Source: an uncultured cyanobacterium | GTDB taxonomy: Bacteria; Cyanobacteriota; Cyanobacteriia; Phormidesmidales; Phormidesmidaceae | Assembly (NCBI GenBank): GCA_963793265.1 | Contig: CAWBZI010000005.1 | Location: 288,001-352,000, forward strand | Direction: 5' to 3' | Length of the DNA: 64,000 nucleotides | In this document: positions 28,299 through 40,187 of the stretch, piece after piece | How positions within the stretch are numbered: the first letter of the stretch is position 1 | Layout: each line of letters begins with the position of its first letter | Translations under genes and position numbers: made by a program | Notes under the pieces: generated by a model | What the model was told of the DNA's origin: nothing | Seen by the model: only the letters and a program-made list of their open reading frames with translations | Databases searched by the model: none

Positions 28299-28631
28299 AT
28301 GACTATGCTGATGGTAGAAATACGTCGTAAGTTTGCTGATGAGCAGTTCGAGTTTTCTAAACATGCTGTTGATCAGTCTATCGTGCGCCAAATTCGAGTT
28401 CAAGAAGTTAAAGAGGTCATTGCGAACGGTCAAGTCATTGAGGACTACCCAGAAGACAAGTATGGGCCGAGCTGCCTGATTTTCGGTTCGACCCAAGCGC
28501 AACGTCCTATCCATGTTCAGTGTAGCTATCCTTCTCGCTCGCTTGTTAAAGTAATCACGGTGTACGAACCTAACGCTCAGCAATGGAATAATGACTTTAC
28601 GCAAAGGAGACGTAGTGATGATGGCAAGTGA
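28299..28631 (+). CDS. DUF4258 toxin-like protein
   Basis: FSKHA..IEDYPEDKYGPSCLIFG..RPIHV..ITVYEP. Confidence 0.88.
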   Translation: MTMLMVEIRRKFADEQFEFSKHAVDQSIVRQIRVQEVKEVIANGQVIEDYPEDKYGPSCLIFGSTQAQRPIHVQCSYPSRSLVKVITVYEPNAQQWNNDFTQRRRSDDGK

Positions 28632-28854
28632 TTGGCAAGAAACACTGGTTGAGAAACAGGTAACCTATACCTTAAATCTGAATGGAAAGATTGTTCTCAT
28701 CGACAACGTACCTGCCCGTGTAAACGAAGAAACAGGCGAGCAGTTCTTCTCTCCATCAACCGTAGAACGTTTGCAACAGACTATCTTGGGTGAGAAAGAG
28801 CCTGACCACTTTATCCAGGTTCCTGTGTATAACTACGCTAATAGTGCAGTATAA
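28618..28854 (+). CDS. YgiT/MqsA-type finger antitoxin-like protein, Cys-less variant
   Basis: IDNVPARVNEETGEQFF, overlapping the DUF4258 stop. Confidence 0.8.
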   Translation: MMASDWQETLVEKQVTYTLNLNGKIVLIDNVPARVNEETGEQFFSPSTVERLQQTILGEKEPDHFIQVPVYNYANSAV

Positions 28855-29134
28855 AAGTTCAAGTGCGACAGCGTAGCAGGGATTGATAGCTCATACTAGC
28901 CTGTGCTCTCCATGTTCCGCCAAAGCTATGGAACCAAGCACAAGATTAAATTCATCAACACATCTGTCACTCTGCTATCTTACCTGTTAGGAATAGGAGG
29001 TATAAGACATATGCTTTAAGTGAGTGAAACGTACTACAAAGAAGTTTTCAAGTCATAGTTATTAGCAGCAGGTGTGAGACTACGTCTGTCGCAGAGTCTA
29101 GATACAGCACCACAGAAAGATACCTGTTTGAAGC

Positions 29135-30853
29135 TCAAATATCCTTATTGCTAATTTCTTTTGTAAGCGTTCTAATCAGAGTTTCTGTATCGCTTTCTGT
29201 TTTAAACTGCTTCTTTGAAAGATCAATTCCAGATGTCTCTATGATACTCACTATTTTCTCAAACAACTTCAGACAGGACTCCTCGTCTTCCAAGCTAGAT
29301 ATGAATGTATTAGACTTACTGTCTACCTTGTTACTGTTCAATGGCGGGGGAGAGACTGCCGTCATCGATAACATTCTTGCAAGCATGATCATGTGAAAAC
29401 GAAGCTTTTTGTACTTTCTATCAATAGAGCCGTATCGGAATAATCCTTCTAACCTCTGATAGCACAAAGCGCTTGCATAGTATGGAGCATATTTATGATT
29501 CTTCTCAAAAATCTTTCCATGAAATCTCCTTGCAATAGTTCCGTAGTAACCAGAAACTAAATGAGGAGCGTTCAAAAACGCTGAAGCAAAAGCTTTTATC
29601 TGAATTGGGATAGATATTACCTGAGTCTTTTTAACTCCAGGGGTAGCATGGTATTGCTGTGATCTTCTTTCGTAGTATAGTCCGACATCTTCTCGCATTG
29701 AGTCGTAGTAAAGCTCAAGCTTCTTCTGAAACAAAGTTAAAGAAGCTAGCTGTTCTGGTTTGACTTCGGTTTGACTATTGGTAGCCAAAGTAATTTGGTT
29801 CTTTATATCTTCATCTTCAGTTACTATCACTTTAACTGGAACATTAACTCTCTCCATTCCTCCTACAGATCTGGATTGATGAAGAACGTGACTTGTTTGA
29901 CAACCGTTCACAACTTGATAGTCTCTTAATGTAAACCTATTGCCAGCAGGAGTAAGTGAACTAGCAACAAGAGTAACCCCGTTGTTCAGAACGCAAAACA
30001 AGTCGAATTTTTCTTCCTTCAGCGTAGCTTTGATGCGGGCATTAACTTCGTTATCGCCTTGAAAATCTCTTACATTATCGTAGAATATATTATAGATTGA
30101 TTCGTTAGAGTCTTGAATCAGCTTCAAAAATTCATTGAATGGCAGAACCCCTAAGAAAGCCTCTTTGACTCCATCAATATCTGGCAATGTAATTCTGCTT
30201 TGGAAGTTAACGGTACTCGATAGCTTGTTGCGAGTGTCATGATACAGCTTTTGTAGCTCACTAGCACCATACGGCTGAAACGAAGTACTTTCAAATAAGT
30301 TGCTATCTTCTACTTCTTGCTTTCCTGAAGCGATAACGGCTGATAGATTCTGATCATCTGTCCACTTTCCAGTTGTGACGTAGTACAACTTACAATTTGG
30401 GCGACGATTGGTCATATAGGCAGATTTATTGATAACTTGTTCCCATATTCCCTTAAACTTTTCGATCTGTTCGTTTTGCACCAGTTTTGGTTCGTCAGAG
30501 ATGAAGTCTTTCACTCCAAAGACAAAGGAACCTATGTCTGAACCTTCAAACTTAGACGAACTCTTAGACTGTATAAACGCTACGTCGCAGTCCATATAGC
30601 CGCTATCAGAAACTAGATCATCTAGCTCTTGCACATCAGTCACCAGTCTTCCATTGATAATGACTGCAATTCCATCAATAGCGGAATCTCCTCCTTCACC
30701 TGTATTCAAGGCGTCTAGCTCAAAACTGTTTCTTTGTAGTTTGGACGCTACAACATAGTTTGCAAAGTACTCGAATTGTTTAGACTCAGCTAAATTACCA
30801 AGCTCATTTTCCATCACGAAGTTTTCGAGTAAGTTTTGCGTGATCTTATCCAT
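29135..30853 (-). CDS. AIPR family protein
   Basis: DSAIDG, IQSKSS, NVRDFQG, LNNGVT, VVNGCQT, ATNSQT and YYERR motifs. AT-rich. Confidence 0.92.
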   Translation of the reverse strand: MDKITQNLLENFVMENELGNLAESKQFEYFANYVVASKLQRNSFELDALNTGEGGDSAIDGIAVIINGRLVTDVQELDDLVSDSGYMDCDVAFIQSKSSSKFEGSDIGSFVFGVKDFISDEPKLVQNEQIEKFKGIWEQVINKSAYMTNRRPNCKLYYVTTGKWTDDQNLSAVIASGKQEVEDSNLFESTSFQPYGASELQKLYHDTRNKLSSTVNFQSRITLPDIDGVKEAFLGVLPFNEFLKLIQDSNESIYNIFYDNVRDFQGDNEVNARIKATLKEEKFDLFCVLNNGVTLVASSLTPAGNRFTLRDYQVVNGCQTSHVLHQSRSVGGMERVNVPVKVIVTEDEDIKNQITLATNSQTEVKPEQLASLTLFQKKLELYYDSMREDVGLYYERRSQQYHATPGVKKTQVISIPIQIKAFASAFLNAPHLVSGYYGTIARRFHGKIFEKNHKYAPYYASALCYQRLEGLFRYGSIDRKYKKLRFHMIMLARMLSMTAVSPPPLNSNKVDSKSNTFISSLEDEESCLKLFEKIVSIIETSGIDLSKKQFKTESDTETLIRTLTKEISNKDI

Positions 30854-31016
30854 AAATAATCAGCTATTGTTTGTAGTAAGCGTACTATTAGACGACTAAG
30901 CTTCGAAACTATTAGGCGTACTTTAGCTCAAACTTTGCACTGCCTGCCTGAACTTGTAATCTATTGATGTGGGGACACTCAGGACTCTGAAGCCAATTAG
31001 GAATCTAGAATCAACT

Positions 31017-31484
31017 TCAAAACCAATCTTGCACAAACAAAGCAAGCTGACCCGTTCTAATTACCGTTGGCAACCAGCTCAACGCCAGCCCCGCCAACGA
31101 AACAATCAGCATTCCTACAAACGAAATCCCAGCGCCCCCTCTGCCGGTATGAATCTTTATCCGCAGCAATAGCGCTGCTGAGATCATCAGCAAAAAGTAG
31201 CTAGAAACTTTTATCCACACCACCAGCACCACCGCAAAAGAGGCGAAGCCTAAGGCCATCAGTGTGTAGCCTACGTCTGACTGAAAGCCGCTGAGGATAA
31301 AGTCGCAGGTTTGCCGCCAGGCGATGGTTAATACGCTGCACTCCACGATGACGTAGGCAACAGCCGCCCCCCAAATCACCAGCGAACTTCCCTGGTCGTG
31401 TAGAAAAAAGCCGAACGCCATATTCGCTAGCATGAACAGCAGCGCAGATAAAAGGGGCAGTTGGCGTAGCGGGTTTTGTTTCAC
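31017..31484 (-). CDS. Membrane protein of unknown function
   Basis: 155 aa with several hydrophobic helices, co-oriented with the NIL gene. Confidence 0.75.
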   Translation of the reverse strand: MKQNPLRQLPLLSALLFMLANMAFGFFLHDQGSSLVIWGAAVAYVIVECSVLTIAWRQTCDFILSGFQSDVGYTLMALGFASFAVVLVVWIKVSSYFLLMISAALLLRIKIHTGRGGAGISFVGMLIVSLAGLALSWLPTVIRTGQLALFVQDWF

Positions 31485-31517
31485 AAAGGTTAGGGCATCG
31501 GCGCGATTATCAAAGCG

Positions 31518-31922
31518 CTATAGGTTAGTAGAGATGGCTTGCACCGGGCAGCTTGGTAGGCACTGCTCACACATGATGCAGCGCGATCGCGTAAACATCA
31601 GCTTATGAGTTTGCGGGTCGAGCTGCAAAGATTCGGTCGGGCATACCCCCGTACACAAACCGCAGTGAACGCAGCTATCTTTATCAATCACAATCTCCCG
31701 ATTCACCAGCGACACTTCAATATTGTTATCCCGCATCCAGTTAATCGCTTCGTCAAGCTGATCGATATCGCCCGAAAGCTCTACCAGCAGCTTGCCGACC
31801 TGATCAGGGGCCACGTGAGCCCGAAAAATATTCGCCGCCACGTTGAAGTCTTTGGCGAGCCGGTACGTAATCGGCATGTGAATCGTGCGCTTAGGAAAAG
31901 TGAGCGTCAGTCGTTTTTTCAC
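31518..31922 (-). CDS. NIL-domain 2x[4Fe-4S] ferredoxin
   Basis: RLAKDFNVAANI, CVHCGLCTGVCP and CIMCEQCLPSCP motifs. Confidence 0.93.
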   Translation of the reverse strand: MKKRLTLTFPKRTIHMPITYRLAKDFNVAANIFRAHVAPDQVGKLLVELSGDIDQLDEAINWMRDNNIEVSLVNREIVIDKDSCVHCGLCTGVCPTESLQLDPQTHKLMFTRSRCIMCEQCLPSCPVQAISTNL

Positions 31923-32068
31923 GCAGGTTCTCTAGAGTTTTCTATAGGGGTTCTCAAAGTCTCTCGCCTATTTTATCGTCTTGGATTCTCAAACTTTGAG
32001 CCCAAACGACCGAAAATCAAGTGGGCAGGGCGATAAGATATAAAAAGTTATTGTTTATACGCTAGCAA

Positions 32069-32654
32069 ATGTCGGTTGACCCTTCTGAGACGGCCTCCTC
32101 TGAAATGGCCAAAAAAGTTAGAAATTTTGTGGTGGTCGCGATCGCCTCCATTCTCAGCATCACCATCGTGCTCGGCTTGCAAACCAGGTCGCCCGCTGCC
32201 TCCCTCTCCGAAATGGCCGAAGCCGCCATCCCGCTAGACGTAGCCCTCGCCAACGGCAAACCCACCCTCATCGAGTTCTATGCCAACTGGTGCACAAGCT
32301 GTCAGGCCATGGCCCCCGACATTCAGCAGCTCAAAACCGACTACGCCAGCAAAGTCAACTTCGTGATGCTGAACGTAGACAACACCAAATGGCTCCCCGA
32401 AATGCTCAACTACCGAGTAGACGGCATTCCTCACTTCGAGTTTCTATCCAGTCGATAGCCTCGAAAAAGGCGCAGCCATTGGCGAAATGCCGCGCGCTAT
32501 CATAGCTGAAAATTTGGATGCCCTAATAAAAAAGCAGCCTCTACCCCACGCTCAAGTCAGCGGCACTATTTCTGAGGTAGACACCATCGATAACCCGGTC
32601 GTCGGCAGTCAATCTTCCGACCCGCGCAGCCACGGTGCCCAGGTCGTCGATTAA
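32069..32654 (+). CDS. txlA: Thioredoxin-like TxlA/HCF164, frameshifted near 32450 in this sequence
   Basis: EFYANWCTSC, VMLNVDNTKW and DGIPHF. After one extra base the frame continues AIGEMPRAIIAENLDAL..DPRSHG to TAA 32654. Confidence 0.85.
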
Positions 32655-32675
32655 CGCTAGGCCAAGGGTTTACCC

Positions 32676-34418
<1,743 letters not shown>

Positions 34419-34513
34419 TCAATAATTACTAATTGTGCCACAAGGAATAGACTGTCGAAGACCTCTATTTTCAACCCGCACTTTTTCTACAGACAGAGTA
34501 AAAAGAAGGCAGT

Positions 34514-34680
34514 GTGGCAGGCCAGCCAACTAAACGCTATGGATGGAACGCTATGGATGGACACTTACAGAAGTTGAGCAGTTGACTCAGACGGAGTGGA
34601 TCACTTACGAAATCGTAGACGGCGAGCTATTTGCGACTGAACCGCCACACTATAAGCAACGCACATCGCCTCAAACATAG
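34514..34680 (+). pseudogene. Uma2-family endonuclease 5' remnant
   Basis: WTLTEVEQL..WITYEIVDGELFATEPPHYKQ, disrupted by a 14-bp tandem duplication and truncated. Confidence 0.7.
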
Positions 34681-34771
34681 AAAAGCGTCCTCTTTTGCAC
34701 GAACACACATGCGAAATACTGGTATAAGAATTCAGATAGCTTTTGCTAGATGTGAGTTTAAGGGTTAAGAA

Positions 34772-36571
34772 ATGAATCGGTGCTGGAAGCGGAGAACATT
34801 ACGGCTATTGGGTGGGGTTATGGGTGCGATCGCTCTCCACCAAACCACAATTCAACCCACTACCGCCCAAGAATCATCCCCCTCAGAAGCCCCGTCAGAC
34901 TTCTTCGTCGCCTACCCACCAGCAGAACACGAAACCGTTGCCGACCGCATCTTCTTCATCGGCACCGCCGATCCTGATGAACCCGTTACCATCAACGGCG
35001 AACCGATCGAAAACCGCAGCAGCGACGGCCATTTTGCACCTACCCTACCGCTAGAACCAGGCGAAAACACATTCACACTCACCCAAGGCGACGAGAGCCT
35101 CACGCTGCAAATAACTCGCGTTTCAATTGAGCCCCCTATGCCAGAAGGCGTCGGCTTTGCCGAAGAAACCATCGTACCCGCAGTCGATATCGCCCGAATG
35201 CCAGGCGAGCTGGTGTGCCTGAGCGCCGTAGCCACCCCAAATGCCACCGTCTCCGCCACCCTTGGCACTCAAACTATCGCCCTCACCCCTCAGACCACGA
35301 TAGATTTGCCCCCAAACTCCGCTGTACTTACCGATCAAACTGAGCCAGTCACGCTCAGCGCCACAGAGTACGCAGGCTGCACTTTACCGACAGAGCCAGG
35401 CAGCTTAGGCAATCCCCAGTTCAACCTCACAGCTCAAGGTGAAACCGTCATCGCCGCCGCACCTGGGCAAGTCAACATTCTCTCTCATACCGAGTTTCAG
35501 GTTGCCGAAGTCACCGCCGACCAAGGCGTTGCTCGCACTGGCCCTAGCACCAGCTATTCTCGGATTACGCCTCTGCCCGCAGGCACTCGCGCTGCCGTCA
35601 CAGGTCGCGAAGGTGAATGGCTACGGCTAGACTACGGCGGCTGGATCAAAGAGGCTGAAACCACAGTAAGCAATGCCTCTGTGCCACCCAACAGCATCAT
35701 TCGCGGCATCAGCGCTGCCGAAGCAGGTGATTGGACAGAAGTGGTCTTTCCGCTGCAAACCCCAGTGCCCGTTTCGGTTGAGCAAGACACTCAGTCTCTA
35801 ACGCTAACCCTACACAACACCACGCCGCAAACCGACACCATCTACTTCTCTAACGACCCGGTCGTAGAGAGAATGGACTTTAACTCAGTTCTCCCTGACA
35901 GCGCCGAATATACTTTTCACTTCAAAGCCCCTCAGCAGTGGGGCTACAAGCTCCGCTACGAAGGCACCAGCCTCATTCTCTCCTTACGCCACGCGCCACC
36001 GACTGACAGCCTAGAAGGCGCAACAATCCTACTAGATCCAGGCCACGGCAGCGATCAAGACCTTGGCTCGCGTGGCCCAACTGGCTATTCCGAAAAAGAT
36101 GTCACCCTAATTGTCTCTAAGCTGCTGCGAGACGAGTTGCGGGCTCGTGGTGCAACCGTGGTGATGACCCGCGAGGGCGACGACGATCTGTTCCCAGCCG
36201 ATCGCGTTGAGGTAATTGACGCGACTGAACCCACGATGGCACTGAGCATTCACTACAATGCTTTACCCGATGCAGGCGATGCTTTGAACCGAACGGGCAT
36301 CGGTTCTTTTTGGTACTACCCTCAAGCACACGATCTGGCAACCTTCTTGCATGACTACCTAGTAGAAGAGTTAGACCGTGAATCGTATGGTGTATTTTGG
36401 AACAACCTTGCCCTCACTAGGCCATCTGTCACGCCTTCTGTTCTATTAGAGCTAGGCTTCATGATTAATCCCGAAGAGTTTGAGTGGATTACAGATGAAG
36501 ACTCCCAGCGAGAGCTAGCAAGAACTTTAGCGGAGGGAGTAGAAGCCTGGTTACAGCAACAAGAGATCTGA
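34772..36571 (+). CDS. N-acetylmuramoyl-L-alanine amidase (Amidase_3, SH3-like domain)
   Basis: Signal peptide, LDPGHG, EKDV, SIHYNA and VLLELGF motifs. Confidence 0.93.
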   Translation: MNRCWKRRTLRLLGGVMGAIALHQTTIQPTTAQESSPSEAPSDFFVAYPPAEHETVADRIFFIGTADPDEPVTINGEPIENRSSDGHFAPTLPLEPGENTFTLTQGDESLTLQITRVSIEPPMPEGVGFAEETIVPAVDIARMPGELVCLSAVATPNATVSATLGTQTIALTPQTTIDLPPNSAVLTDQTEPVTLSATEYAGCTLPTEPGSLGNPQFNLTAQGETVIAAAPGQVNILSHTEFQVAEVTADQGVARTGPSTSYSRITPLPAGTRAAVTGREGEWLRLDYGGWIKEAETTVSNASVPPNSIIRGISAAEAGDWTEVVFPLQTPVPVSVEQDTQSLTLTLHNTTPQTDTIYFSNDPVVERMDFNSVLPDSAEYTFHFKAPQQWGYKLRYEGTSLILSLRHAPPTDSLEGATILLDPGHGSDQDLGSRGPTGYSEKDVTLIVSKLLRDELRARGATVVMTREGDDDLFPADRVEVIDATEPTMALSIHYNALPDAGDALNRTGIGSFWYYPQAHDLATFLHDYLVEELDRESYGVFWNNLALTRPSVTPSVLLELGFMINPEEFEWITDEDSQRELARTLAEGVEAWLQQQEI

Positions 36572-36588
36572 ACTATGGGTTACTTTTC

Positions 36589-37272
36589 ATGAGTGCTTTT
36601 TCTCTCCCTTCTTTTCAGAACGAACGGCTGTGGCAGCAGGCGATAACGCATTGCTCTCTTGTTAATGAACAGCCCGAGGCAGGCGAACACAATGAGCGTC
36701 TAGAGTTTTTAGGCGACGCTATTCTCACGTTTCTCAGCGGAGATTATTTGTACGCTCGCTATCCTGATCGCTCTGAAGGTGAACTTACGCCAATCCGGGC
36801 GGCACTGGTCGATCAGCCACAGCTCAGCCATTTTGCAACAAAGCTAGCGCTCGATGAGCACTTGAAACTGGGTAAAGGAGCCGACCAGGAAGGGGCTCGT
36901 CGTAGCGCTCGTCTGCTGTGTAGCGCTTTCGAGGCTTTGATTGGCGCTTATTTTTTAGATACTAATCGAGATATTGAGGCAGTGCGGCGCTATGTGGTGC
37001 CCATGTTCGATACGGTGGTTGAACAGGCTGTAGCTCAGGGTATTAATGCCAAAAGTCGCTTACAAGAATGGGCGCAGCAAACGCTTGATGGTGAAATACC
37101 GCGCTATGAGGTTGTGAGTAGTCGTGGCCCTGACCACTTAAAAACCTTTGTGGTGGAAGTGAGCATTGGCGGCAAGTGCTACGGCCAAGGGCAGGGTTCG
37201 CGTAAAGCAGAGGCCGAGCAGTCGGCAGCTAAAGCCGCACTCGCTCAGTTAGATGACGGTACCGTTAGATAA
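36589..37272 (+). CDS. rnc: Ribonuclease III
   Basis: NERLEFLGDAIL, FEALIGA, and dsRBD KSRLQEW..GPDH..AEQSAA. Confidence 0.92.
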   Translation: MSAFSLPSFQNERLWQQAITHCSLVNEQPEAGEHNERLEFLGDAILTFLSGDYLYARYPDRSEGELTPIRAALVDQPQLSHFATKLALDEHLKLGKGADQEGARRSARLLCSAFEALIGAYFLDTNRDIEAVRRYVVPMFDTVVEQAVAQGINAKSRLQEWAQQTLDGEIPRYEVVSSRGPDHLKTFVVEVSIGGKCYGQGQGSRKAEAEQSAAKAALAQLDDGTVR

Positions 37273-37304
37273 TGGTGTTTGTTTTTGTCGTTTGAGGTTG
37301 CGCC

Positions 37305-38009
37305 GTGCTTAGAGCTATAGACCATAATATTTGGGTTGCTGAGCAGCCGCTGCGATATTTTGGGCTCAGCGTTGGCACAAGAATGACGGTTGTTCAGTTT
37401 GAGAACAAAGGACTTGCTGTGATTTCTCCCATTCAAATGACTGAGAGGATGGTGAATGAGCTTCGCGAAATTGGTACGGTGAAACATATCATCGCGCCTA
37501 ATCTCTATCACTATCTTTTTGTTGCTGACTTTAAAGCGCACTATCCGCAGGCTACTTTTTGGGCCGCGCCTGGTCTAGCAACAAAGCAGCCAAATCTATC
37601 GATAGATCAAACGATTAGTCGCGATGCAGCCAGCGTTTGGCAGGGGCTAACATCTTTGTTTTTTGAAGGATTTAGAACGCTCGGCTCAGGTGGAATTGAA
37701 TCACTCAATGAGTCTGTATTTTTTCATTCACGTAGCCGCACACTTATCCTCACGGATACGGCTTTTCACTTTGACGATAGCTTTCCGATGCTTACACAGC
37801 TCGCATTTAAGGTAACTGGCAGCTACAAGATGTTGAGCCCGTCGCTGCTAGAGAAGATTGCGATAACAGATAAAGAAGCGGTGCGAAAAGCGGTTGATCA
37901 GGTTTTGGAGTGGGACTTTGAGCGAGTGATTATGGCTCACGGCAGCATTATCGAGCAGGGCGGGAAAGAGATGTTTAGACAGGGATACAAGCGGTTTTTG
38001 AGTGAGTGA
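37305..38009 (+). CDS. DUF4336 protein
   Basis: TRMTVV, IIAPNLYHY, TLILTD and IMAHG motifs. Confidence 0.85.
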   Translation: MLRAIDHNIWVAEQPLRYFGLSVGTRMTVVQFENKGLAVISPIQMTERMVNELREIGTVKHIIAPNLYHYLFVADFKAHYPQATFWAAPGLATKQPNLSIDQTISRDAASVWQGLTSLFFEGFRTLGSGGIESLNESVFFHSRSRTLILTDTAFHFDDSFPMLTQLAFKVTGSYKMLSPSLLEKIAITDKEAVRKAVDQVLEWDFERVIMAHGSIIEQGGKEMFRQGYKRFLSE

Positions 38010-38041
38010 GTTAATAAATATCCGACAGCATAGATCTTCTA

Positions 38042-38827
38042 CTAATACTCAACCGTAACGGGCGTATGGTCGCTGGGCCGTTCTAAGCCTCGTGGCTCGG
38101 TGTCAATTGTGCAGCTTGTGGCTTTCTTATACAGCTCAGGAGAGAGATAGTGGTGGTCAATTCGCCAGCCCGTATTGCGCGAAAAAGAGTTTGTGCGATA
38201 GTCCCACCAGCTAAAGTGACCGCCCTCGTCGGTAAACTTGCGAAAGGCATCGGCAAGGCCAATCGAGAGCACGTCACGCAGCGCCTCACGCTCTACTGGT
38301 GAAGACATGATGTGTTTGTCTCTGCTTTTGTCGGTGTAAATGTCCTTATTTTCTAGCGCGATGTTGAAGTCTCCACAGACGTTTAGCTGAGGATGCGCCG
38401 CAAGCTGAGCCGCCAAATAGTCTTTTAGCAGGGCAAGCCAGCTTAGCTTGTATTCGTACTTTTCGCTACCAATAGAAGATCCGTTAGGCACATACAAATT
38501 CACTACTCTCACGCCGTTTAGTACGCCGCTAATGACTCTCTTTTGATCGTCTAAATTGCCGACGCTCTCGGTGCTCATCACCGCACCAAATCCCATCTGC
38601 ACGTCTTCTAGAGGTGTTTTGCTAATCAGCGCGACCCCGTTGTAAGACTTTTGGCCGTAGGCATACACGTGGTAGCCAATCTCGGTAAAGGCGGCTTCGG
38701 GGAAGTCTGCGTCAACTACTTTGGTTTCTTGCAGGCATAGCACGTCTACCGGATGGGCCTGTAGCCAGTTTGTGACATGTTCTAGGCGAGTGCGTACAGA
38801 GTTGACGTTCCAAGAGGTGACTTGCAT
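38042..38827 (-). CDS. xthA: Exodeoxyribonuclease III
   Basis: SWNVNS, LQETK, GDFNIA, WWDYR and SDHTP motifs. Confidence 0.96.
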   Translation of the reverse strand: MQVTSWNVNSVRTRLEHVTNWLQAHPVDVLCLQETKVVDADFPEAAFTEIGYHVYAYGQKSYNGVALISKTPLEDVQMGFGAVMSTESVGNLDDQKRVISGVLNGVRVVNLYVPNGSSIGSEKYEYKLSWLALLKDYLAAQLAAHPQLNVCGDFNIALENKDIYTDKSRDKHIMSSPVEREALRDVLSIGLADAFRKFTDEGGHFSWWDYRTNSFSRNTGWRIDHHYLSPELYKKATSCTIDTEPRGLERPSDHTPVTVEY

Positions 38828-38890
38828 GAGAGCGGCTTAAAGACGGAGCTTTCGTATTCTACAGGTCGCGGGAGGCAAAGCCTTGTATCC

Positions 38891-39562
38891 CTACAGTTGA
38901 ACGGATGGGGCGTTTAGGGTGCTCCAGCTTTGGCGAATGATCGGGAGGGCGTTGGAGAATATCAGTAACGCGATCGCACCACTCACCACGCCGTCGGCCC
39001 AATACCAGCCAAACTTTGCAATCAACAGCGCTCCGACCAGCACGCCAAAGCAGCTACCCGCGTCAGCCAGCATATGCACAAAAGCGGCTCGCATGTTCAA
39101 GCTGTTATCGGCGTGAGCGTGAAGTAAATAAGCGTTGAGGCCGTTAATGGCAAGACCGACGGCGGCAGTGATAGCGACGGGGCTGCTGAGGAGAGCGGTG
39201 GGGGGCGATCGCAATTCTCCCACCGCTTCCCAGCCCAACCAGCCGCTTACTAATAGCAATAATGCGCCATTGACTAAGGCTGCGATCGCATCAGTTCTAT
39301 CGCTAGCGCTATCGTTACTTGCTCGCGAAGCCGCCCACAGGGCTAGTGCGATCGCTAGCACATCAGTCATCATGTGCCCAGCATCGGCCATCAGCGACAG
39401 GCTGTTGCTCTGCGTGCTCACCCACAGCTCAGCTAGGGAAAAACAGGTGATGAACACTAGCGCAATTTTGAGCGATCGCACCTGCTCAGGGCTAGACGGC
39501 ACCGCGCAATGGCTATGGCTATGGTCGTGACCGTGATCTGCGGAATGAGAATGAGCATGCAT
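38891..39562 (-). CDS. CDF family Zn/Co/Cd transporter (CzcD/ZitB-like, no C-terminal domain)
   Basis: His-rich N-terminus, DAGHMMTD and HMLAD motifs. Confidence 0.9.
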   Translation of the reverse strand: MHAHSHSADHGHDHSHSHCAVPSSPEQVRSLKIALVFITCFSLAELWVSTQSNSLSLMADAGHMMTDVLAIALALWAASRASNDSASDRTDAIAALVNGALLLLVSGWLGWEAVGELRSPPTALLSSPVAITAAVGLAINGLNAYLLHAHADNSLNMRAAFVHMLADAGSCFGVLVGALLIAKFGWYWADGVVSGAIALLIFSNALPIIRQSWSTLNAPSVQL

Positions 39563-39650
39563 AAGTTACACAATAGAGACGCTATATAATTACTGTACCG
39601 CTAGCAGCATAAGGCTCCGGGCGGACGACTAGCCGGTTCAAAGATTGACT

Positions 39651-39965
39651 ATGCCCAGAAAAGAGCCAGAAAAAGAGCCAGAAAAGAAATTAGAAGGCGA
39701 AGCGTTAGTCAAAGAAACCTGTCGGCGTATTCGAGCGGCAAAGGGACTTTGGGACGCACACCGTAACGCGGCCTGTCGGGGCGAACGAGAAAAAGCACTC
39801 GCGCTTTACAACCAGCTCACTCCGGCCCAAAAGGAAAAAGTTCCGCAGCAGCTGAAAATCTGGCTACGCTATCGCAGTGAAAAATACTTTGGCGCGCACC
39901 AAACCGCACCCGGTAAAAATAGCCGTTCTGGCAAAGGCCAGTCTAAAAAACGTAGGAAACGATAA
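39651..39965 (+). CDS. Basic hypothetical protein
   Basis: WDAHRNAACRGEREKA..WLRYRSEKYFG; occupies the gap with no competing long ORF. Confidence 0.7.
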   Translation: MPRKEPEKEPEKKLEGEALVKETCRRIRAAKGLWDAHRNAACRGEREKALALYNQLTPAQKEKVPQQLKIWLRYRSEKYFGAHQTAPGKNSRSGKGQSKKRRKR

Positions 39966-40187
39966 GTCTCACGCAGTCTTAATTTATACAGCACCGAATC
40001 ACTATATCTATATATTGATGTCTGCATTTTCTAGCTGCAAAATTCTATTGCATCTGCCTAGCACAGATCAAGAACGGCAGAGTGCAGTATTTTAGGGTCA
40101 TTCGCGCGCGATCCAACGCCTTTGATTGACTCTCAGAAGAATCACTGAGATATTAAGGTAATTTCATAATTTGAGAATTCAGGTTTT

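Noticed and set aside
9690..31016. Integrative element or prophage interpretation of the accessory block
   Set aside because: No integrase, transposase or phage genes, and only an 8-bp match (GACTAAGC) near the ends.
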